Part shown: positions 55,177-62,219 of the stretch, in pieces
Numbering within the stretch: the stretch's first letter is position 1
Layout: each line of letters starts with the position of its first letter
Virus record (IMG/VR): IMGVR_UViG_3300045988_078288
DNA: 64,000 bases
From: a virus
Strand: one strand, 5' to 3'
The notes under the pieces: model-generated
Database searches by the model: none
The model's input: only the letters and a program-made list of their open reading frames with translations
Told to the model about the DNA's origin: nothing
Made by a program: the position numbers and the translations under genes

Positions 55177-56445
55177 ATGAAAGAAGATAAGATTTTAGAG
55201 ATGTTTTTCGCCCCCGAACGCTGGCAGTACGCAATCGCCAAAGGTGTTGTCAAGGACATATCCAAGGGCGTGCTCTACAAGCTCACCAAACCCGAGGCGC
55301 GCGCACTCATGTATCAGCGCATCCGTGACGGCAAGTACAAGATAATGCCGCCACATACAGCGCAGATACCGAAAGATAACGGCGAGTTCCGTACTGTATA
55401 TGTGAACGAGCCTGCCGACCGAGTGTTGCTCTCCATCGCCAACGACCTTCTCTTCGAGCTTATGCCCGAGATGGTTCATCCGAGCTGTCGCTCGTATCAG
55501 AAAGGTATCGGCTGCGGTAAGGTGGTACAGGAGGTTTCACGCCGTATGTGTGCGTTGCAGACTTCCGATGTGCTCGGCTTCAAGTCCGATTTGTCGAAGT
55601 ATTTTGACAGTGTTCCGTTGGAGTTCGTTGACGCAGCTTTTGACAAGGTGGAGGAAAAGTACGGGCACTCGGCTCTGATAGACGTTCTTCGCGACTACTA
55701 TCACTCCGACCTGTACTTCACTCCCGAAGGTGAGCTGCACGAGAAGTACCAGTCGTTGAAGCAGGGTTGCTCCGTTGCCTCGTGGCTCGCAGACGTAATC
55801 CTGTATCATATCGACGAGAAACTATCGCAGCTCGAAGGCTATTACGCTCGATACTCCGACGATATGCTTTATGTCGGTAGTGACTACGTTAAGGCGATGC
55901 ACATTCTTACGGAGGAGCTTGGCAAGATGCAGATGAAGCTCAACCCGAAGAAGGTGGAGTATCTTGACGCAAACCACTGGTTCAAGTTCCTCGGCTATTC
56001 AATCAAGGGCAGTAGCATATCGCTTTCCTCTACACGCATCAAGACGTTTCAGAAGGAGATAGAGTCGCGTTCGTGCTGTAGACGAGGTGCAACGCTTACT
56101 ACATCGGTAAACATGATTAACCGATACCTCTACAAGGGTTATGACGGTCACTCATGGGCTACGCAGGTTCTCCCGATAATCAACGTAAAGGAGGACATCG
56201 ACACGCTGTCTACGTTCATTCTTGACGCTCTGCGTGCTACCGCAACCGGCAAGCGACGCATTGGAGGTCTTGGTTTTGCCAAGGAACAGAAGATGGGATG
56301 TATCTCACGAGGACGAGGAAAGAATGTCACAACTAACAGAGCTAAGACACCCGAGCGTATTGACGGCTTTATGTCACTTGGTCTCATGCGCAACGCATTG
56401 CTGACCTCGCGAGCTGCATACGACACACTTGTAGCCAATCTCTGA
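55177..56445 (+). CDS. Reverse transcriptase (stand-alone, RT domain only; class unassigned)
   Basis: RT motifs present: IPKDNGEFRTVYV, ADRVLLSIA, GFKSDLSKYFDSV (motif A Asp), LKQGCSVASWLADV (motif B), YARYSDDMLYVG (motif C, YSDD) and FKFLGYSI. 422 aa. Confidence 0.9.
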   Translation: MKEDKILEMFFAPERWQYAIAKGVVKDISKGVLYKLTKPEARALMYQRIRDGKYKIMPPHTAQIPKDNGEFRTVYVNEPADRVLLSIANDLLFELMPEMVHPSCRSYQKGIGCGKVVQEVSRRMCALQTSDVLGFKSDLSKYFDSVPLEFVDAAFDKVEEKYGHSALIDVLRDYYHSDLYFTPEGELHEKYQSLKQGCSVASWLADVILYHIDEKLSQLEGYYARYSDDMLYVGSDYVKAMHILTEELGKMQMKLNPKKVEYLDANHWFKFLGYSIKGSSISLSSTRIKTFQKEIESRSCCRRGATLTTSVNMINRYLYKGYDGHSWATQVLPIINVKEDIDTLSTFILDALRATATGKRRIGGLGFAKEQKMGCISRGRGKNVTTNRAKTPERIDGFMSLGLMRNALLTSRAAYDTLVANL

Positions 56446-57461
56446 CAAACGCCTAAAAACGGATGCAGCCCAAACGCTGCATCCACAACCAAAACCAAAT
56501 ATGAATTTCCGAGAACACGGAACTGCGCAACGCAGGATGCCACATTTATATACCCGCCTCAAAGATTCGGGATGTCTCTGGACAATCCAGAGCGTATCCC
56601 GAATCCTAAAGGCTGGTACAATCACGACCATACAGAAATGTTCCACGGCATAATGCCTGTGCAAGGCGGCGCACACCGCCCTCGGCTTGAAGAATGGCAT
56701 CCGTTTAGCGCTCAGGTTGCTAACGATGACGACGTCGATACGAACCTATCGACGTCGTCATCGAGAAACCTGACCTACATCACTCGTTTACATCCATGTG
56801 CCACAGCCATCGTTCAAGCCCACTCACGTCAGCGCAGACGTTCGTCTTCCCCGAAGGAGTACATTTGCTACACCAAGCTTACACGCGGCGCTTGGATGGT
56901 TATCACCATCTCGCTCGCCGCGTGCTTGCTTCAGTTCGACCAAACCCTTACAGCCATGCGCCACGCTCCTTGTGGAAGACAAGCCATTGCAAGCCTAAAT
57001 CGGGCACGATGGGGAGACAACGTTTATATCCCAGTACATAAGGGCTGTGTTAGTGCCGGTTGCAACAACCGGCGCACCCAGCCCCACTACTGGGCTAAAT
57101 CAGATTCTTACAGCAATGTACCCGTCTCCAATCGTGCCCACAATACAACCAACGGAATTTTGCGGTTCCTTATGACGTGCCGTGCAGCCTACTTTAATGA
57201 TACCGGTTTCGTATCATCCGCCGTCCACCAGGTTGACACCTGGCTCCCTGCCGATTTCTCAACCGGTACATATCAAATCCTTACAGTCACGCAACACGGC
57301 TACAGGCACGTCATTACTTTAAAAAGTGCTGCATTTGTTCGTGAAATAGCGATAAAATCACTACCTTTGCATTATAAACCAATCACAAACCAATCAGCAA
57401 TGCTTGCCTTAACGACCTCGTATTGTAGAGGTCGCTATTAACCAATAAATTAGATTAAATT
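56446..57461 (+). ncRNA. Candidate RT-associated structured RNA (1016 nt; coding status unresolved)
   Basis: No ORF has the operon start context except a 50-codon one at 56501. About 33% C versus 21% G over 56761-57300 (hand count). More than 10 hairpins, including a perfect 16-bp stem at 56725-56762 and a 10+7-bp stem at 56564-56605. Bounded by the standard intergenic modules. Confidence 0.4.
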
Positions 57462-58019
57462 ATGGCAGTAACAAAATTTGTAAGAGCGCAGGACATTCTC
57501 AAGGAGAAAGGGTTCAAAGCGCCACCGTTCGATACGGCGGGATTTCAGAACGCAGTCGTGGAGTTCTTTCGCAACAATGATGTATCAGCAAAATTGCCGG
57601 TTATTCCGTTACGCTTTGTGGAATTGCCCGACCCGCCGCAAAGTGGCTTTTCCATGCCAGAAAAAGTAATGTTGCACGCACCCGACTGGCACGTCTACTA
57701 TGAACGTTCCACGGGCGTAACAGTTATTGAAAACAACAAGGCGGCAAAAGCACTGGAAGAACTCGGAGGGGAACTCGAAACCGATGACGGGCGCTATTAT
57801 TTCTTTGAATACAGAAATGCCGGCACAGAACAAGTATATAAGGGCGGACATACGGACGTTAATGGGATTACTTACGCGGAAAAGCCTGTAATTTTCGTGG
57901 ACGAGCCATACGCAGCCAATGCGGTGGCTTTATTGAAGATGGCTGGCTTTATCGTAAGCCGAAAGCACAAATACAGTGGAAGCAAGTATCTATCTTGTTA
58001 CGATGTAACCCTCACCTAA
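57462..58019 (+). CDS. Hypothetical protein
   Basis: 185 aa with an AAATTATG start. First gene after the RT-associated segment. Confidence 0.55.
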   Translation: MAVTKFVRAQDILKEKGFKAPPFDTAGFQNAVVEFFRNNDVSAKLPVIPLRFVELPDPPQSGFSMPEKVMLHAPDWHVYYERSTGVTVIENNKAAKALEELGGELETDDGRYYFFEYRNAGTEQVYKGGHTDVNGITYAEKPVIFVDEPYAANAVALLKMAGFIVSRKHKYSGSKYLSCYDVTLT

Positions 58020-58053
58020 GCCAAACAGTCTCTTCGGAGACTACAACTAACCA

Positions 58054-58077
58054 AGCCCTACGCAACACGGTCAAGCG
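58054..58077 (+). promoter_or_regulatory. Leader motif copy 1 (AGCCCTACGCAACACGGTCAAGCG)
   Basis: One of four related 24-26-nt elements located 2-9 nt upstream of a start codon. Confidence 0.6.
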
Positions 58078-58084
58078 ATATGAA

Positions 58085-58423
58085 ATGCCCAACAACAAGA
58101 AACAGGAGAATGTGGATGACATCCGTAAGGACTTCGCAAAGCGGGTCTACGACCTCTATATCAATGCTGCCAACGGAAAGATTGATACCTACGACAAGTT
58201 TCTGACTCGTTTGGAGTGGCTTGAAATAGACTACTCCGACGCATTGTCCCCATACGGAATATACGAAGACCTGTGTCCTGACGACTTCGATTTGGTGAAA
58301 ATGGCGATAGAGGAGGGTACACCCCTCAAGGACTTCGCCTATCAATGGTTGAACATATACAATATCATTGAGTTCGCCAAAGTGGATACAAGTTCGCTCG
58401 TGCCTCCAACATCCGACAATTAG
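58085..58423 (+). CDS. Hypothetical protein
   Basis: 112 aa from the ATG at 58085 (MPNNKKQENVDD...), preceded by the leader motif. Confidence 0.5.
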   Translation: MPNNKKQENVDDIRKDFAKRVYDLYINAANGKIDTYDKFLTRLEWLEIDYSDALSPYGIYEDLCPDDFDLVKMAIEEGTPLKDFAYQWLNIYNIIEFAKVDTSSLVPPTSDN

Positions 58424-58485
58424 TCAAAACGGCAGGTTTACCCCTGCCACCAATTAAACCCTATTATAAACAAAATAACAGAATT

Positions 58486-59211
58486 ATGAAAAAGAGATTT
58501 TCTATGCTTCCAGTCTTTGCGTTTGTAGCATCCATGTTTATGTTATCTGCGTGTGGTGATGATGATGATAGCGGTAGTACCGTTCCTCAAACCCCGTCCT
58601 ATAAAATAAAAAATGGCAATATTGTAGGAGTGTGGAGAAATGGCAGCGATTGTTTTGTGTCATTCTCGGCAAACGGATATAACTCTGCGCTATTATCTAA
58701 TACGTTTATTGATGATGGCGACTATACAATCAATGGTGACACAATCCTTGTACACAACACTTATTTCGCAAATACAACAAAATATGTTGTAAACGATATA
58801 ACAAATGACGCTCTAACTGTTACCATTACATACAAAGACCGTTGGACGGAAGAGAAAACTGTTAAGGCTAAATTTAATAAGGCTATTGACACTCCGTGCG
58901 TCAAGACTCACGCTTTGGCCGGAAAATCCTATTTGGCGCAATATGCGTTTAAATATGGTGGTCAAATGTGGAGAAAAGACTTTTTTAGCTACAATACGGC
59001 ATCTTGCACAAGACAGGATCTGGCTCAATCAACCCCATCTACCTTTTATTATGTTTATTTAGCCCCCAAAATCTATTTTTATGTTATCCAGTATAGTATG
59101 TTTTATTACGATACGGTAAGATATGGTACGGTTGTTCTTGACGCGAATAATCAAATAGAAAGTATGGGGTCTCTTTACGGAGAAGCGATGTATCCACAAT
59201 CGTTATATTAA
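58486..59211 (+). CDS. Lipoprotein, hypothetical
   Basis: Signal peptide and lipobox MKKRFSMLPVFAFVASMFMLSAC followed by GDDDDSG. 241 aa. Confidence 0.7.
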   Translation: MKKRFSMLPVFAFVASMFMLSACGDDDDSGSTVPQTPSYKIKNGNIVGVWRNGSDCFVSFSANGYNSALLSNTFIDDGDYTINGDTILVHNTYFANTTKYVVNDITNDALTVTITYKDRWTEEKTVKAKFNKAIDTPCVKTHALAGKSYLAQYAFKYGGQMWRKDFFSYNTASCTRQDLAQSTPSTFYYVYLAPKIYFYVIQYSMFYYDTVRYGTVVLDANNQIESMGSLYGEAMYPQSLY

Positions 59212-59356
59212 CCCCGTAAAGGCACATCTTTAACACAAAGGTGTGCCTTTATATCGCCTAAAACAGACCCTCGCCGAGGGTCGCAATTTAACCATTTAAT
59301 TCATTAATTATTGTAAAACCACTGCGCCCATACCGAAGTAATATTATAAATAACAT

Positions 59357-59364
59357 TAACTTTG
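59357..59364 (+). promoter_or_regulatory. Candidate -7 box (TAACTTTG) upstream of the recombinase gene
   Basis: TAnnTTTG lies 30 nt before the ATG at 59394. No clear -33 element. Confidence 0.3.
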
Positions 59365-59393
59365 CGTTGCAGGCGCACTAAATTTCAAGAATT

Positions 59394-60497
59394 ATGACAC
59401 AGCTACTTAGCACAAGACGCTGGATGGACCTGCTCACTCCCGAGCAGCAGAAAACCTACTCCAGCGCAATCCGAAAAGGTTACTTTGCGACTTATGACGG
59501 CTATCGTTGGCGTCACGAGTTCTATGGAGCTTTCATCTGGAAACACCCTGGACGCGTGAAGATCATTGATAAATTCAAGCAGGTTATCGGTCGTGCACCA
59601 TTGTGGGAGGACATCACGGACGACAACCTGCGAGACCTGAAGGAAGAGCTGGACGCTTCCTATGCGCCGAACTCTGTGCGTACAATATGCGCAGAGATTA
59701 ACGCAATCATCCGTGAGAATGCAGAGTCGAAAGACATTCCTTCCATGTCCTATGCCCGTGTGCTGCGTGCAAAGAAGGTGGTGGTACAGTCCGTGTTTCT
59801 CACCGACGAGGAGATACGCAAGATACACGAGTATCGCCCTAAGACAGTACGCAGACGACATGCAAAGCGCATCTTCATGCTTGAATGCCTTTGCGGAGCA
59901 CGTTTCTCCGACTGCCTGCGCCTCTCGCCCGTAAACCTCTCTTCTGATGGTCGCACCCTGACTTATGTATCAAAGAAGACCAACCATGAGGTGACGGTTC
60001 CCGTGCACCCGTGGCTAAGGGAGTATCTCGTTCCGTCTTCACCTATCGAACCGCAGTCACTTGCAGTTCCTTCCTACAACGACGCGATACGTTTCTTCTG
60101 CCAATCATGCGGTATCGACCAGCAGGTTAAGGTGTACCAGGCAGGTCGCGAGCAGACAGGCCCGAAGTGGAAGTTTGTATCAACACATACAGGTAGACGC
60201 TCGTTTGCAACCAACCTGTCGTTGAAGAACGTACCGTTGGAGCAGATAGCGTTGATGATGGGTCACTTCACGGGCAACGCCCCGGATGTTTCCATGACGC
60301 AGCGATACATCGTGACGCGACTCCAGCTGTCGCCCGCAGCGTTCCAGGCGTTCTCGATTCCTGGTTCCGAAAGAGCGGCGGCAGAGAACGAGGCTTACAA
60401 CAACCCGACAAACGATTTTGACGACTTCGACGACTTCGATATTCCCGAGGACGAACAGCTCGTTATACCCGAGAGACCGCAGACCGAAGCATCGTAA
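59394..60497 (+). CDS. Tyrosine recombinase / integrase with an acidic C-terminal tail
   Basis: ARFSD (Arg), HTGRRSFAT (H-x-x-R), MMGH and QRYI (Tyr). The C-terminal extension contains NDFDDFDDFDIPEDE. Confidence 0.8.
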   Translation: MTQLLSTRRWMDLLTPEQQKTYSSAIRKGYFATYDGYRWRHEFYGAFIWKHPGRVKIIDKFKQVIGRAPLWEDITDDNLRDLKEELDASYAPNSVRTICAEINAIIRENAESKDIPSMSYARVLRAKKVVVQSVFLTDEEIRKIHEYRPKTVRRRHAKRIFMLECLCGARFSDCLRLSPVNLSSDGRTLTYVSKKTNHEVTVPVHPWLREYLVPSSPIEPQSLAVPSYNDAIRFFCQSCGIDQQVKVYQAGREQTGPKWKFVSTHTGRRSFATNLSLKNVPLEQIALMMGHFTGNAPDVSMTQRYIVTRLQLSPAAFQAFSIPGSERAAAENEAYNNPTNDFDDFDDFDIPEDEQLVIPERPQTEAS

Positions 60498-60514
60498 ACT
60501 ATTAACACAACCTC

Positions 60515-60540
60515 AGCCCTACCGCAACACGGACAAGCGG
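60515..60540 (+). promoter_or_regulatory. Leader motif copy 2 (AGCCCTACCGCAACACGGACAAGCGG)
   Basis: Upstream of the ATG at 60547. Confidence 0.6.
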
Positions 60541-60546
60541 AAAATT

Positions 60547-60792
60547 ATGAAGATTAAGACCTCAAAGTACAATGAAGTAAGATTATCTGATGTTGCTCAA
60601 TACATCAAAGTTCCTGCACAGATAGTAAAGCCATCTACACCAACAAACGGAGTGTTGATTGGTGAAGTTCAATACGAAGACGGAAAGAAAGAACGAGTAT
60701 ATTCAGACTACGACGTCCGTATCAATAACATTCAGTTGCCATTTGCAGCTGGAAAGGAAAGCTACTTCGATAGCGAGATAGAAATAAACTAA
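60547..60792 (+). CDS. Hypothetical protein
   Basis: 81 aa from the ATG at 60547 (AAATTATG). Confidence 0.5.
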   Translation: MKIKTSKYNEVRLSDVAQYIKVPAQIVKPSTPTNGVLIGEVQYEDGKKERVYSDYDVRINNIQLPFAAGKESYFDSEIEIN

Positions 60793-60799
60793 CAGATTC

Positions 60800-60823
60800 A
60801 GCCCTACGCATCACGGTTAAGCG
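60800..60823 (+). promoter_or_regulatory. Leader motif copy 3 (AGCCCTACGCATCACGGTTAAGCG)
   Basis: Upstream of the ATG at 60831. Confidence 0.6.
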
Positions 60824-60830
60824 AAATATT

Positions 60831-61106
60831 ATGAAGAAGTTAAGCAAAGAAGAAGCTATTGATAAGTTTGGCGAGGATACCGTCAACAAGGCGATGAAAA
60901 CAAACGCAGAGCCTACCAGTAGAGTCATGTATCCATCTTACGAGGTTCCTTCACATATTGGCAAGGCTGAGTATGCAGGTGACCCGGTAAAGGTTGGCGG
61001 TTGGAAACTGACGGCATACTATTATCTTTCTCCTGAGGATGAAGAGAACACGGATTCCTTCGACTGGGATGGTAACGTGGAGTTTGAAGCAGAAGAAATT
61101 TGGTAA
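60831..61106 (+). CDS. Hypothetical protein
   Basis: 91-aa ORF. Confidence 0.5.
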   Translation: MKKLSKEEAIDKFGEDTVNKAMKTNAEPTSRVMYPSYEVPSHIGKAEYAGDPVKVGGWKLTAYYYLSPEDEENTDSFDWDGNVEFEAEEIW

Positions 61107-61113
61107 ACACCTA

Positions 61114-61137
61114 AGCCCTCGGCATCACGGTTAAGTC
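61114..61137 (+). promoter_or_regulatory. Leader motif copy 4 (AGCCCTCGGCATCACGGTTAAGTC)
   Basis: Upstream of the ATG at 61144. Confidence 0.55.
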
Positions 61138-61143
61138 AATATT

Positions 61144-61413
61144 ATGAAGAAATACAGCGTATATTACAATAACAACGTTGAGTGCAACAAGGTTGCGGAG
61201 TTCGCCACATTGGACGAAGCCAAAGCCTATTGTACGGAGAACACAAAGGGCTACGACGAGGTTTGCGCAGGCGACAACTGTTATGAAGGTCGCAGCAACA
61301 ATTTCCGTTACGAAGTCTACGAAGGCGACAGCTGCTTTGTTCTTGACGAGGATGGCGACGTTGCGGAGTTCAAGAATACCGTCTACGAAACCGAACAGTT
61401 TTATTGCAATTAA
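61144..61413 (+). CDS. Hypothetical protein
   Basis: 89-aa acidic ORF. Confidence 0.5.
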   Translation: MKKYSVYYNNNVECNKVAEFATLDEAKAYCTENTKGYDEVCAGDNCYEGRSNNFRYEVYEGDSCFVLDEDGDVAEFKNTVYETEQFYCN

Positions 61414-61441
61414 CAGACCTATAATATAAACAAAGAAAGAT

Positions 61442-61942
61442 ATGAAGAAGATTTTATCTATTTTGGCAATTATGATTGCCGTGGTCGTGCAAGCAAATGC
61501 ACAGAAAGTTTTTGGTATTGATATTACCACGACTTGCAAACGATATTGCTATCAGCTTGCAGCAAAGAAAGGTTACAAGCCTTACGAAAGTGTTGCTGGC
61601 GATAAGCGATTCAAAGTTACATACGCAGGGTACAAAGGTACTGAAATGCACGTAAAATATGACCAATCAAATGATTCTATAACCGAAGTAGCTTTTTACT
61701 TTCCAAATAGAACCAAAGAAGAAAAGTCGGATATATATAACGATTTAGTCCGTCAGTTTAAACAGATAGACCCAAATGGAAGTGATTCAAGAATGGATAT
61801 ACCACTTATAAACACGCATAACAGAATGTGGGCAGGTAAGGCTGCTATGATATTTGATGAAGTAAGCGGCAAACTATTCGTTTCATATAAATCTAAATAT
61901 GAGAGAAAGGGTAATACCACAAAGGCAAGTCCAGATATTTAG
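61442..61942 (+). CDS. Secreted protein, hypothetical
   Basis: Signal peptide MKKILSILAIMIAVVVQANA. 166 aa. Last gene of the + operon. Confidence 0.6.
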   Translation: MKKILSILAIMIAVVVQANAQKVFGIDITTTCKRYCYQLAAKKGYKPYESVAGDKRFKVTYAGYKGTEMHVKYDQSNDSITEVAFYFPNRTKEEKSDIYNDLVRQFKQIDPNGSDSRMDIPLINTHNRMWAGKAAMIFDEVSGKLFVSYKSKYERKGNTTKASPDI

Positions 61943-62219
61943 TTGGTAATTATTCACCAATATATATAATATCATGTTTTTAAAACTTATGATTTTGCTC
62001 ATGTTTTATGGGGCTTATTGCCTCTTCAAGGGCAAGTAAAAAGTTGGCTGGCTCATTTGTTTGGGTCAGCCTATTTTGTAGAATATGGTGTAAAAAACAA
62101 ATTAATCGAATAGTTAATAACTGCCAAATGTTAAAGTTTGGTTAAAGGTTACTTCTTAGGCACGCAGATAGGAATATTTTTCGTATCTTTCTCTGTGAAG
62201 TCCGAAGCCCATGAGTAGT

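Larger units (their letters stand above)
48173..59262 (+). repeat. Dispersed intercistronic module family (GCCTAAA box - hairpin - ATTAACCAA-like tract - AATTATG start)
   Basis: Exact GCCTAAA occurs at 48173, 48652, 49473, 50210, 50529, 50864, 51089, 51312, 51965, 53601, 54190, 54857, 55106, 56451, 56993 and 59256. Variants include GCCTTAA at 52423 and 57407 and GCCAAAC at 58021. Exact ATTAACCAA occurs at 50241, 50896, 51128, 53302, 54220 and 57437. Confidence 0.8.

Noticed and set aside
56443-56445. Genome-wide TGA stop-codon reassignment
   Set aside because: Many genes in the window end cleanly at TGA followed by the normal intergenic module or by ATGA-coupled starts (for example 3628, 39630, 41760, 51964, 52853 and 53597). 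No other pair of same-frame ORFs separated only by TGA was seen, and no suppressor tRNA is present in the window.
56572-57441. The 289-aa track ORF as an ordinary protein-coding gene
   Set aside because: It lacks the conserved AATTATG start context. It passes through module hairpins. His, Cys, Thr, Arg and Pro are enriched and Lys and Glu depleted, as expected from translating C/A-rich non-coding sequence. It lies on a C-over-G skewed strand, unlike the neighbouring genes. It is kept as an open question in the findings because its length is statistically unusual.
55177-57461. Diversity-generating retroelement (RT plus TR/VR plus Avd)
   Set aside because: The RT motif C region looks DGR-like, but motif B lacks the hallmark (I/L)GxxxSQ; it reads QGCSVASW. 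No Avd-like four-helix gene is adjacent. I found no about-100-bp template/variable repeat pair with adenine-specific differences. The partial similarities between 54815-54845, 56942-56975 and 57103-57135 include non-A mismatches. No C-type-lectin-like C-terminus (GGSW...GFR) occurs in the tail proteins. A computational repeat search over the whole genome is still needed to exclude a remote VR.
54693-57461. Group II intron or retron interpretation of the RT
   Set aside because: There is no long ribozyme region with a GUGYG 5' end upstream of the ORF. No domain V-like 34-nt hairpin with an AGC triad and GNRA loop lies within about 100 nt after the stop; the bulged stem at 57053-57077 has the wrong sequence and size. 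No RGWxNYY-type maturase motif is present. For retrons, there is no VTG or NAxxH signature and no msr/msd-like inverted repeats immediately upstream.
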